Positions 36,893 to 49,934 of a stretch of 64,000 nt of DNA are shown here, piece by piece (position 1 is the first letter of the stretch; each line of letters begins with the position of its first letter). Both the position numbers and the translations under genes were made by a program. The stretch is from Azolla caroliniana. Taxonomy: Eukaryota; Plantae; Polypodiophyta. The notes beneath the pieces were generated by a model. It was not told the DNA's origin. It made no database searches and was given only the letters and a program-made list of their open reading frames with translations. The stretch spans positions 20,708,001 to 20,772,000 of the forward strand of contig JBHGNT010000014.1 of the NCBI GenBank assembly GCA_043228905.1. The letters run 5' to 3'.

Positions 36893-39800
36893 ATGGCGGA
36901 ATCAAGCGAATCATCGTCACCGTCACCGTCACCGTCATCTCCTTCTCCTTCTCCTTCTTCTTCTTCTGTCGAAAGCAACCCTTGGGTTTCCTACGCAGGT
37001 ACACAGGCAGAAGTTCTTCGTCGTGGAGTGGCTCAATCTACAGAAGCGGTGTTGAAATCCACTAGATCTTATGTAAAGGTCCTTCAGTCATCTTCCTCAC
37101 AGTATTCTCAGTCTGCACAGGTATTTATAATGTTCAGTCATGGACCCTTCCTTTTTCTTCCTCTCCTTCACAAGAATACACTAAAATATCCTGGGACGTA
37201 GAGATGAAATCTTTATATTTTTGTGTGATACGTCAGCCGTTCCCGTAAATAAGAATTACTTGGCTTGTCAGAATAGAAACCAATGCAGTATCATGCATCA
37301 TTTAGTTCTGTAAATAAGAACTAATTGTTATTCTGAATGGAAGGGAAATTATTATTTTCCATCGTTATACCCCGACAAACCAAAAATTTGATGCATAGAA
37401 TAGGAGTGAATTCATTATTTTGCATCTCTATTCTGTATAGAATGGAAAGGATTGCATTATATTGCATCAGAATTCCCTATTTTACTGTCCATGTAAATGA
37501 AGCTTCGAGAATCTATACTAGTGTTTTTACTAGGTCCAGCATTTCACTGAAATGCCAAAATTTTAACTTTTTTCGACTGGAAATATGTAGTAAGGACATG
37601 TTCCAGCAGAAATATAGAATTTTGCTTCTAGATTTCTCTAATTGTGCGTCATAATGGCCGATTATTTCATGCATGGAAAGAGAAGTGCACTCTAATTAAT
37701 GCCTAAACATGGATAGAATCAACAGGTTTGATGTATGGAATGGAAAGGATTGCATTATATAACTTGAGGATTTCTTATTACAACATCCATAGTAGTCAGA
37801 ATGCTGCACTAGGGTATCAAAAGATGGATATGCTACGTGAGTGAATATATCAACTTGTTATTCGGAAGCTCTCCATATAAATGGAAGTGAAGCATTGAAA
37901 ACTTGTCTTAATTTTGCTTCACAAGCATTCAACTTGTTGATTTTTTTGTTGAGTTTTTTTCATTTTAATGGGGACAACAGTTCCGTGACTAGAACGAAAT
38001 AGAGGGTTTTGATGTGTTAGGGAATGGAAAAAGAACATTTTTTCACATAAATGGAACCAATGTTTGGTTGAAATTTTCTATGGACAATATTTATAAAGAG
38101 AATGCAGTTCAACAAAAATATGCTCGTCGTATTTTCTCACAATCTCATATTTTTTCGCATGCGAAAATCAAACTCAGCCGGGCAGCATAATCAAGGGGAA
38201 CAGCTAAAGTTCTAGGAATTTATTGAGATACTCATTACATTGATAGCAATGCGCTTTGATCAGGGGCTGGATATGGTTTTGGGGTCTTTATGTGCTGAAA
38301 TCAACAGGAAAGGATCAACAATTCTAAATATTGAATGGAAATGAATGCATCACGTGCATCCTCTTTCCCTGGTGCAATATTTCTAGTAATGAATGCGCTA
38401 GAGTAGGGGTTTTATAAGAATTTATTAAAATGAATAGATAAAGAACTTGCCATTAGAGAACTAGAAATCCATTGAAAACCATCCATGTTTCTTTATAAGC
38501 TCATACTGGACGATTATTCTGGTATGCAGAGTTGAGATGTGTGCATGATATCTGAAATAATAGCCAATATTGACTGTAAATGAAACCTTCTTGTGCAATT
38601 TCTAGTGGTAGTAAAAGTACCAATTGAACTACCAATTTAGCTAAATTTTCACCATACAGATATTTCAGACTTTTTAAAACTTACTTTGTCCAATTGTAAA
38701 GTAGTATCCTACAAAGTACATTTGGTTAGGCACTACACGAGGTCACTTAATATTATAAGTGAGTGGGATAGCATATGGTTTTAAGGTGGCAAACCTCTTC
38801 TGATATAGAAGTGAAAAATCAGCATTTGACTTAATGGAGAGCCATTTTAGAGTGCTGAATTATGTAAGTCTCATTACAGATTTAATCTATTTCTGCTGTG
38901 CTCACTGCTGAGCAAAGAGTACCTCATGTGGTTTTGATTCTTGAAATAGGCTTAAATAGGTGGTAGTGTCTTCACTGTTTGGGCTCTTATCTTACTTTGT
39001 CCTCGTCGCATAACTATCAATAATAATAAAAACACACCAATAGATGCACCAGTCTTCAGGGCCAACAGAGTGTCCACTTCCTTCGTTAGGAACAGTCTAG
39101 CTTTGTCAATGTGAAATTAAGTCTTAATGATCTAAAAATCTCAAGGAGGCATTTCTTCTTTTAATTACAATTTCTCTGATGGTGGAATTTTGGTTAAGTT
39201 GGTGCTGTACCTGCAGGCCTCTGGAAGTTCCACAAGCCAGTTTCATTCTATGCATGAAACAACTGTGCATCTGTAGGAAAAACAAAGTCAACAGTTTTGA
39301 TATGTATAATAAATGGAGATATATCAATAATTTTGATATATATTTTGACAGGCCAGATGGCCTTTGAGACTCGACATTAGATTGAAAACAGTAACTTATC
39401 TTGGAGAGCAACAAATGAACTTAAATGTAAAGAAATTTATAGAACTTTTAAAGATACTCTGTTATACTGCAATAATTCGACTAAGGCTATATACTTTAGA
39501 AATTCCATACCTTTATAAGTGGATCCTCTCATTGGGAAGACAATGCTCTTATTAACTAAACCGGAGACCCCCATTTTCTTTAAAGAAAGCAATAAGTTGA
39601 ACATTTTGATGCATAGGGTAGAAAGAAATACTCTACACAATTCCATCAAAATTCCCTACCCATCTAAGAGGTTTCCTGCTTGGAAAAGTTTCATTGTTCA
39701 GTAAAACAATGTTATTTAAAAATGTTTATTCCACACATAAAGTACATTTTAGAATACTCACTCACATTATATAGTTATAATATGTACCTTATAAATACTT

Positions 39801-42800
39801 AGCGTATGTATTTTAAAACTATGTCTAAAACATTGGACAAATGCTTGAACTTTTGCATTGCATAGAAACATATATTTTTTCTACTAGGTTTCTATATATT
39901 TGTGATATACTCCTCATAGTTGTGGATGATTGAGTCTTTACTAGGTTTTTAAAATATGTATATCCAGAATTAATTCCTGAAACACTTCTTATTTAGGAGC
40001 TATTGATACCCTTCTAAAATCGTTGACCCTGCTTGAAAAGGCAAGCAAAACCAACTCTTTTAGCTTTCCTTCGATCCAACAACTTGCGATTGGAAGATCT
40101 TCTTTATACTTATTCTCCTGCTCATGCTTTAAGGAATGATACATCAATGGACACATGTACTTCATTATTTTGAGTTCTGCATTCTTCAACAATTGGGTGG
40201 GCTAGCTCACTTTTCTTTAAAAGCTTTGCTCTGAGAGGTCTGAGATTGGAATATTGCCTCTTGGCTTTGTACTTTTCGTTTTTTGACACTTCGGCTAGAT
40301 CTTTATGGAGGGATGAGGTTAGGATGTTTTCCCAACATAAAGTTGATGGCTCAGTGGTTATGCTTGTGAGTCAAGAAAAACATGTTTCTAGCGCAATGCT
40401 TGTTAGATTCTTTGCTTTTGTACCATCAAAGTTCTCTCTTTCTTTATTTTCTTATCTTTTCATTTTTGTTTCACTTTCTGGCACCTGATTACATTGGCCC
40501 AATACGGGTTAATAAGTTTTATTATTTTGCTTTATAAATAGTAAATAAAATGATTTTTCAAATTTCTAATTCAAACTTAATGCAGAACATTTTCAGAACT
40601 GCTCAATCTGAATATAACCATTATGAAGACCTGTTTTTTGGGAAAGTCAAAGGTATCTTTCTCACTTTATAATTGCTCACACTTCATCTCAAGCATTAGA
40701 ATATACTCCTCATTCACAGTTGATATTCTGGTGTCTCAGGCGTGGGGGAACCACAATTGAAAGCTTTTAACCTATCATAAGTTCTAATGCATTCAAATAT
40801 TGTCATATTCAACAGAAAGAAACTGTAGAAATGTTTGGAGTATATGTGTTCCATGGGCCCCATTTATCTTCTTGCTATCTTAAAAAGTCTTAGAATGTGT
40901 AAAAGTATTTTTACAACTTGAAGTGTTATCTAGGATTAATGAAAATCATTATATCAATATTACCGATTTCCAGTATACCATGGTTTAACTTCTTGGATGT
41001 ACAATTTTGGTCTTGAGTTTGCTAATTCTTTGCAGAGGGACTGAAGGTTGCTGGAGACCATCCAACAATATCTTACAGCATAGTCGCTGGTGCAGGATTG
41101 CTTGTTGCCAAGCGTAAGCTAAATGTTTTATTATTGTTCACCCTCCTCTTGCTACTACCAAGAAAAGCTCCTAAAAAGTGGTATAATTAATGCTGTACAT
41201 GTTTTCCTACGTGCAGGACCAAGGAGGCTTTTATTTCGATACACAATAGGGAGGTTCCAGAGTGTTGAGGTATTTCATCATACAATTGTAAACAAAACAT
41301 AATTACCTTATTGTCATTAAGATTTAACCCATTTTTATCATTTATATATGGTACATCAAACATTAATTTGGCTTGCAGTAGATTGCAATTGAATGATTGA
41401 GATATTACAGGTAAAAATGGACTCTTATACTTGATCTTGATTGGTTTTAATTTTTGAAACAAGAGGCATTCAATCCATTTCTATTATCCTGTTTAAGTGG
41501 AATGGAACGATTTTTTTTAATAATGTCTTCAAAAGATGAAAGTGAGCTTGAGGCCAAATGTTACGTCAATGGGAATCAGTCTGGAAAAAAAAAATCAAAA
41601 TAAACTTCTGGCTACATGTGAATCAGTGATACATGCGATCAAAGTACAATGATACAAGATCCATGGCTATGAATAATACGGAGGATACAATGTACAAGAT
41701 AACAACATATCTAGGAGAGGTAGAACATAAGTGAATCTCAGGCAATGATTGAATGCCTTTGATGAAGGCTATGTTTTCTGTGTGATAATCTGTGGATCCT
41801 CAGGTATTTAGAACAAGCCAAATGAATTGCTTAGGCAAGCAAGATCCCTACTTGAGGATACAAATCATGTGCGTCTAGAAAAAGAAAGAAAAAGAAAGAA
41901 AAAGAAAGAAATGTTAACAACATATCTGGGGCCAAAAGGGCCTGTAAGACCAAATAAGAGATTGCATCTTAAAATATTGTCTCGTTGTTGAGAAAAAAAA
42001 ATTAAAATAAAATAAATATTACGAAGTAATTATAAAAGTAAATAAGATAAAAAGAGACTAAAGAATCTGGTTTTCGGCACATGTGAGATTCTCAAGTTAG
42101 ATATATTATAACTTTTGTCTTCAAATGATCTCTAGCATAGGTTGATCCAGAATGGAGAGGTCTCTGAAGTGAGGGAAGCACTTGTGATGGTGGGAGATAA
42201 TGGCCTTCATCTATTGATGGCAAGGGTGTTGGGTCATCATCCGTGGGGCTGGGGCCTATGTGCACGAGAAATTGCTATTGCCCGATCTATTGTAACCCCT
42301 TTGTTATGTCCTGGTTGGGAGCCCATTTGTGTATTCCTTGATTGACTTGTAGCATTAGTAGGAGTGGTGGGGCTTGTGTGGCTGCAGTATTTTCCTTCAA
42401 CAACTTTTCCCCGTCTCTTGAGTTCTAGCAAGAAAAGTCTCTAAAATTTTATAATGGCTTATGAGATCTGAAAAAGATCTGGTAGTTTTAGTATGGTTCA
42501 TATCAATAAATTTTCTTGCTCTGCTGGCTTCTTGTGAAAGAATTTGCTTTCAAAATAGAAAGACCAAATCTGTATCAGGTCTAAGACATCATGTTAGACT
42601 AGTGCATAGTTTATGACACTAGCTCATTTGGTTGTTGTATGGATTGTTCAAGGTAGGAAAAGTTGTTGTTCCTCTGAGAGCTAGAGAGTAGATAGAATTT
42701 ATCATACTTATCATGGTTGATCCTGCACATTTGTACTACAATCACATGAGTGTCATCTCCTCTCTGAATCTATTTCTATGCAAGCATGTTGGTCATACAA

Positions 42801-45051
42801 CTCTATCTGTGATCTGTCTGCATGTCCAGTAATTACATTCATGCCTCCAATGACCAAAACTTTCATTATTAACATATTTAGCAATGCCCAACAAATTGAA
42901 TCTTGTAGTAACATGGTAAATGCTATATCAGAGGGATTCTAGTTCTTGCAAAATATTGTGATGGAAATTTTCTAATCCCATCATGAAACCCCTTTTTGCC
43001 TGATGATAAAAATAACTCAAAATTAAGCTTTTCAAATGAAGAAGTTTACATAGCTAATTAAGGAAAGTTGGACTTCGAATTTTTAAAAAATCATACCTGT
43101 CAATGTTTTACAATGTGGCATAATTTTCCTTTTGACCCCTAATAATGGAGAGAGATATAGGTGGACATATGTCTATGTGATATATATGAACTTAAATCCA
43201 TTGAGGATGAAGCTCAACAGATATTAACTTCACAAGTTGTATCTTATTCTTAGACCCAACTTGACGGACAAAGTGAGGTACACAATTCTAAGATACTGAT
43301 TGCCATCTTCATGTGTTTTTATTCTTTACCACTTTTTATGATTTTGTACTCTTTTCTTAAATGCAATTCCTGGATTTTTATGTATGTAAGTTTTTGTTCA
43401 GCCTAATGAATGCAAATTCGATTTTGAAGTCTTTTGAAAGAGATCCGTTCTTCAAGAGAGAATCCATAGTTCTTTGTTTTTAGACTGGAATGGAAACTTT
43501 GATGGAATAAAGTCAGGACCTATGATTATTTGTGCTCATTTTGAGGTGTTGTTGATATCTTTCGCTATTACCAGCTGAAATTTCACCGTGGTGATTCCTG
43601 CAGTCTCAAGTTGCAAACTCAGAAAAGAAAGTCAAAGAACTGCACCAATTTGTTGATCTTCTGAAGAATGAAAGCAAGAAGCTTGAGGTTGAATTTATAT
43701 ATCAGAGTTCTTTTAACACATGACGATTACACATCCTAAAACCTTTATCTTCACTATGGATGATAGGAAAGAGCAAAATTTGCCGAAGATGAACTTATAC
43801 GGGGAAGGACCAAATTGAAGTGTGTAGCATTGCTTTTTTTTATTACATGGAACATGCTTCTTATCATTCATGTCTAAAGTTGTCCTGCTGATTTCAGACA
43901 AGCTGGAAACCAGCTTCAGAATCTTGTGGCATCCATACAGAAGACTGAGAATCGAGCAAAAGGTTTATTGTGAAACTAAATATGAAATTGTCCAGAATAA
44001 TAAGTGTCATTAGAAGTTTTTAATTTCTTTGTTTGGAGTTATTGCTTAGGTCTGTTGGAAAGCTTACAAGAGTTACCTGGAAGTGATGCACGTGTTTTTC
44101 GAGCTGAGGTAGTAACTTAGCTCTTTGTTACTGGTTTGATTTTCTCTATTGTTTGATCCACTCATATCCAAATTTTTCAGTAGTTTTAATTGGCATTTGC
44201 ATGTCCACCTTAACTTAACCAAAGACCGTAGGCTTAAATATGTACAGAATAAAATATTCATAAACATCATATGAATTCTGCTCTAGTCATCACAACTGAA
44301 TGATCAGATAGACTTTTAAACATAGTTATTACATGTCCAAAGTCTGTGAGGGCATATTATGATGAACATGAACACCCAGTATGAATACTATTGTCTTTTG
44401 GGAAGAATCTGTACACAATTAATTTTGAATGATTTAACATTATGTTTCTAATAAGGATATCATCAGCTGTAGTTAATGAAAGATCATATAGTTTGAAACA
44501 GCATATAGCTATGCACAGGCAAATTTGATGGATACTGGTGCAAAAGATGAATACATTTATCTTTCAGGGGGATCTTTACTGAGGTTATAAAGACTAATCA
44601 TTAACTCCATGCCCATAATAAAGTTATTATTGAAGGGTATTTAAAGATACATCAATTGTTACTAGTTCCTCCAAGGATGATGGTAGTCCCGACATGACCA
44701 CCATTGGTATTATGTATGAAGGCTTAAGGGGGGTCTATGTATAGTCACCATGTGTGAAACCGAGGAATAAAGCTAGGGTATGGGAGGATTATTATATTTT
44801 GGCTGGTTGGGAAGACAGTCAATTGCATTTTGTTGTGGCACTGGTGAATACACGATGCCATCATACTTGCTGTCTATACCGTGAAATAAAGAATCTGAAT
44901 ATATTAATTCACAGCTAATGAGAATAGTTCCCGTCTAAGCACGAAGCCTTTTTACTTGCAGGTGGCAAAGCTTGCGTCTGAAGCTAAACAACGCAGAAAG
45001 GAGCTGATCAAGAAAGTTTCAAAAATATCCAATTTTGGGATCCCTGTTTGA
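36893..45051 (+). CDS. RHIP1: RGS1-HXK1-interacting protein 1-like coiled-coil protein
   Basis: Nine phase-compatible exons: 36893-37120, 40586-40652, 41036-41113, 41217-41269, 43604-43687, 43767-43819, 43898-43962, 44050-44108, 44962-45051. Motifs YEDLFFGKVKE..HP, PRRLLFRYTIGRFQSVE, VDLLKNESKKLEERAKFAE, LPGSDARVFRAEVA and ISNFGIPV* match the family as recalled. Confidence 0.88.
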
Positions 45052-48000
45052 ACTTTTTTGTGAACCATATTTTATTGAAGTCTGGATGAGTGTAATTCAT
45101 CCGTGGGGGGATATTTTGATTTTAGAGGGGGAGTGGCTCATTGCACTCAATACAATTTTGAATCTTGATCAATAACATACTGAAATAAACGACAATATAG
45201 CAAATTGTTTCAATTATTTTTATGCCTGAAGGTTTTCTATTAAACAATTTTACTTGGTCCATGCAATAGTCTAGTCTATAGTAATATATCTCAGTAAATG
45301 GTGAATGCCACATTACTTTTTTTCACTTTTGTTCTATCTCCCCTCTCGCATGACCCCCCTCCCTGCATGATCATTTAAATAATATGTAATGGGAAATTGA
45401 CACAAGGCATGGAGGAATCACATCCCGAATCTATTTGTGAAATTGGGTATGACTAATTAACGTCAAATAGATTGTGAACAATTATTGATTCGATTATCAT
45501 TGAGATCATATTGATCAAAGAAACTATGGGATTTAAATTGTACAAAATGAAGAAACTTATATAAGACCTTGCCAACTATAAGAACTTTATGGTATCAACC
45601 TTGAAATGCAAAAATGGACAATAGAAAAAGCATATGCTTGAATAGATTATATGTTTGATCATGCAATGCAATATAGCAAACCTCATGGTTGGAATACAAA
45701 ATAAATTAGACCTTATAAAGGGGAAAATCAAACAATTATGGCTTGTGGACTAAGGCTAAATTATTCACATGTAAAATAAGTTAACCGAAGTTTGTGGGCT
45801 AAAGAGAATGGAAAGATGGCAATATAGAGAAGTATAGCTCTATGAATTACCATGTCACTCTTCTAGTTCCAATTGAAGAACATTGTTATAGCACACCGGA
45901 CATGTAACCTTCCATGGAACCTTTGATATTGTGCCTTGGGTAGAGATGTATGGAGGATTTCAAGTATAAGTGAACATATGCTTGCAATTTCTTACGGTTA
46001 TGACAAGATACTATTGGTAGATAAGATTTTAGAGATTTTCACAAATATTATTAGTGTTATGCAAGGATGTTTAAAACTTATTTGCGTTTTCCATTGATTG
46101 ATTAAAGCAAATGGTCAATGGATTGTCTTTGGCTGGACGGCCCGGACATGGAAACTACTAGCCTAGAGTATGATAGGGGCAGAGGGAATTTTCGATGGAG
46201 CCGAGAAATGCATAGAGATAGGAAAGAACACCAAAGGTGAAGGCGCTCAGTTGGGCCTGACACTGACACTAAGAGATGACCAAGGAGGGATACTGCTCTA
46301 CGAGCTATCTGCACAAGAAGGCATTGAAGAGTCATATTTATCATACATTAACAAAATCATCATTGACATAAAAACATCTTTGTCAAACCATTAAAATCAT
46401 CATTGCCATAATATTCATGGGATGGGGTTGAGCCTTTAAAGATCAAATTTGGGTCTCTCAAATTTATGACTTTGATTCTATAAGTAAACTACGGAGCTAA
46501 TGTTGAGAGGCGGCAGAAGGGATCAAGTATGTATGACTTGGATTTCATAGTCATATATACACTCAGCTCTTGGAACGACCCACGTGAATTTGAATGATCA
46601 TTTTCAAATATTCAAACTGTTAAAATGTATGTGTTTAGGAAAAGTTTTTAAATCATTTTTAAACCTTGAGCTGACTGACGTAATATTTTATTTTATGGAA
46701 ATTTTTAATATTTACCATGGTAAAGTGAGTAGTAACGCCCCTTGATGACATGTTGATAAGTAGTTATCAGTTTCCTAAAAACTCAAACCTATTATGGCCC
46801 GACACTTGATGCTCTCTTGGCAACAAAATTTGGGATGAATGAAGTAGTAACAATCAAAGTGCATAAACACAATATTTCTCCTATCTTCAAGATCATTGAA
46901 TGGGGATGGAAAAGAAAGTCTTGAATTTGATTCAATCGTATGGCGAAGCTTCACATAGTAATTGTGAAAAATGAGTATTATGATGTCATGGAGGAAAATC
47001 ATGGCATTATTGGTATTCTCTTGCATATTACAATGGTGGTTACATTCTTATGACAAAGGTATGCCATGGGAGTTTGTCTTTAATGCATGCATGTGCCCAA
47101 CGACTTGTATGTCGACATACAAGGTCAAGAGTTTATCTCTCATCAACGACGACATTAAATTAGTTGTAATAATACTTTAGTAACTTTCGCATTCAATTGT
47201 CTCTTTACATGAGAGAGAGAGAGAGAGAGAGAGATAAGAAGTATATAATAGAGAGGTGATGAAGTTGGGTTTCAAACCCACAACGCAATGATTGTAATGC
47301 TACAATAACAACTTACCACTAGGGTGAGGTAATTACAATAAAAGAGATAGAGAGAGATTCTATTATCGTCTTCGGAGGTCAAATATGACCTATGAGACCA
47401 AAAATATTACATTTCACATGTACATGTGAAAGTATCGTAGCGACTCTCGATGTTCAAGAACTTTACCAATAAATGATGCAATCGAGAGTGCACATTGTGG
47501 TTGTGAGAGAAATTCGTGCACATGCGACCTCTTACAATTTTATGGAATGATATTGGACCCATAGCAATATAGATAGATATATAGGTATTCTTTAACATCC
47601 ACAAGAGACCACACGTAGATTGGGAAAACTAATATATGATGTGACCAAGATGTTTCAAAGCAAATATTTGAACCCAAGATCTTATGTTGATAGCTAGTAG
47701 CTTAGAAATACAAAAAGACAATGAATCTATTACTAAAAAACCGAAGTACCAAGTTCAACCAATTCGATGGACATAGCATGGCCGAAACGTTATGAAGTAT
47801 GCTTGGACAATGATCAAGCATATGATGACAACTTTTATGAAAGAAAAATCATTTGCAATGGCAAGAAAATGAACCTCTTGTGAGTGAAGTTACCCTTGAT
47901 TGGGACTTTCCAAGTTATGCCTAATGTGATTGTCCATAACCACAAGAGTTCAAGGATGTTTATGATTTCTATCCATCCAATATACGGTCAATCCCCGCAC

Positions 48001-48407
48001 TCTATATCCATGGGGCCATTCTTTATATGCAAGGGCCCATTAGACCATACGCCAACCCCAATACTACCATGATTTCAAACTATGTATTGGGAACACAAAA
48101 GAGAGACAATGGACAAGAGACGGAGCTCATCAATCCAAAGCATGGTATTATATACATATACAGATACAGGTATTATATACATATGTATACATACAGAGAT
48201 ACATTATACATTATACATTATACACACAAAGAAGGGTGTGCATGTATGTATGTATGTATTGTATGTGATGTCCACAAGATTGACTTGTTTCAAACGAGAA
48301 GGATTCCTTGGGAAGCTAGCTTCAATGGAAGCTTCGATCTAAGCAGACCCTTCTTCTTCTCCCGCTGAAGCAATAAAGGAAAGAGAAAAAGGAAAGCAAG
48401 AGAAGAA

Positions 48408-49934
48408 ATGGATCCAAGCAGCAGTGTGTTAGAGAGCGTGGGAGCAGAGATTACAGGGATAGTGGCACCTGTCTCGATCTGTATGCTCCTCGTAGTTCTC
48501 CTTGTTCATAGGTTAACTCCGCACGGATCAGAGACCTCCATCCCTTCTGTGGCTACGCTTGTGTACACGGAGAAAGCTTCAGACTCGACCTCACAGAAAC
48601 TCGAAGGTGCCCTTCTCAATTCGCTTGTCTTCGTTATCATGATATCCATGGTAACCTTCCTTCTTGTTCTCCTCTACTACTTCAGATGCATCAAATTCCT
48701 CAAATATTACATGTGTGTCTCGGCTGCGATGGTACTTGCCTACATGGGAGGGGCTGTCTCTATTCAGCTCATAGAGGCTATGTCCATCAAAATAGATGTC
48801 TTTACCTTTGTTGTGTTGCTTTTCAATTTCACTGTTGTGGGTGTTTTGGCTGTTTTTATGACTTCTATGCCCATCTTAATCACACAATTCTACTTGGTCA
48901 TGATTGGTATGCTTGTGGCCTTTTGGTTCACTATGCTTCCCGAATGGACCACATGGATGCTTCTTGTGGCTATGGCTTTATATGATCTTGTGGCCGTGTT
49001 GGCTCCTGGAGGGCCATTAAAGCTTCTTGTAGAGCTTGCAATTTCTCGAGACGAGGATATACCAGCTCTTATTTATGAATCTAGGCCAGTTTCGGTAGTA
49101 GATATGTCCACCCATGATGTGGCCACCCATCGTCCTCAGCCTAGACGATGGAAAAGACGACATTCTCGTAATGATCACCCATCCACTGAAATGCAATCTT
49201 TAAACACCGACCTGGACACTACCATTTCCCAGACAGATGTACGACCGTCGTCGTCATCGTCAACCAGAGGCACGCACAGAAGGCCAGATTTGGAGATGCA
49301 AATGGAACTTGATTCAGTGGAATCAAATGTTAATTCTCTTGCTGAATTTGATACATATGATGAAATTGAGAGCATCGAGGATGACTCAGCAAGATCTCCG
49401 CCCACCATTACCAATCATAGGCATGCCAAATACAATCCACGCAATGAAATCGAGAATGCTGAGGATGAATCTGTTCAATCTACGCCCATAATTCCTGGTA
49501 ATATGCATGCCAGACATGGTGAAATCGAAGATGCAGAGAATGAATTGATCCCATTGATGAATGCACCACGTCTTGCCCATGTCCCCACCCAAACACAAGC
49601 ACGGCATGCTCGAGCAATGGATCATGAAGATGAAGATGAAGTTGATGGGTTCGGTCTTTCCACGTCAGGTGCCCTTAAGTTGGGTTTAGGAGACTTTGTG
49701 TTTTATAGTCTTCTGGTGGGTCGGGCAGCAATGTATGATCTCATGACCGTTTATGCCTGCTATTTGGCTATAATTGCTGGACTTGGATCCACTCTGATGC
49801 TTCTGGCAGTGGCTCGAAGAGCCTTGCCAGCTTTACCCATCTCCATAGGGCTTGGTGTGATTTTTTACTTCCTCACGCGGCTTCTTATGGAACCATTGGT
49901 TGCTGGGCTCTCAACTTCTCTCCTCGTATTTTAA
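48408..49934 (+). CDS. PSEN: Presenilin (gamma-secretase catalytic subunit, peptidase A22), intronless
   Basis: 508-aa ORF with multiple TM segments, LPEWTTW, catalytic YDLVAVL and LGLGDFVFYS aspartates, and the ALPALPISI (PAL) motif. Confidence 0.97.
   Translation: MDPSSSVLESVGAEITGIVAPVSICMLLVVLLVHRLTPHGSETSIPSVATLVYTEKASDSTSQKLEGALLNSLVFVIMISMVTFLLVLLYYFRCIKFLKYYMCVSAAMVLAYMGGAVSIQLIEAMSIKIDVFTFVVLLFNFTVVGVLAVFMTSMPILITQFYLVMIGMLVAFWFTMLPEWTTWMLLVAMALYDLVAVLAPGGPLKLLVELAISRDEDIPALIYESRPVSVVDMSTHDVATHRPQPRRWKRRHSRNDHPSTEMQSLNTDLDTTISQTDVRPSSSSSTRGTHRRPDLEMQMELDSVESNVNSLAEFDTYDEIESIEDDSARSPPTITNHRHAKYNPRNEIENAEDESVQSTPIIPGNMHARHGEIEDAENELIPLMNAPRLAHVPTQTQARHARAMDHEDEDEVDGFGLSTSGALKLGLGDFVFYSLLVGRAAMYDLMTVYACYLAIIAGLGSTLMLLAVARRALPALPISIGLGVIFYFLTRLLMEPLVAGLSTSLLVF

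Noticed and set aside
37330-38040. Recurring GAATGGAAAGGATTGCATTATA blocks in RHIP1 intron 1
   Set aside because: Real but looks like ordinary decayed local duplication with no further structure.
40653-40661. U12-like donor GTATCTTT in RHIP1 intron 2
   Set aside because: Mismatch in the ATCC core, and the acceptor has a U2-type CTAAT branch and pyrimidine tract.
45400-47200. Possible transposase or gene remnant between RHIP1 and presenilin
   Set aside because: No recognisable motif, termini or consistent splice pattern.
48027-48368. 113-aa ORF just upstream of presenilin as a uORF or extra exon
   Set aside because: Non-ATG start, runs through TA/CA low-complexity sequence, and presenilin already has a complete N-terminus.
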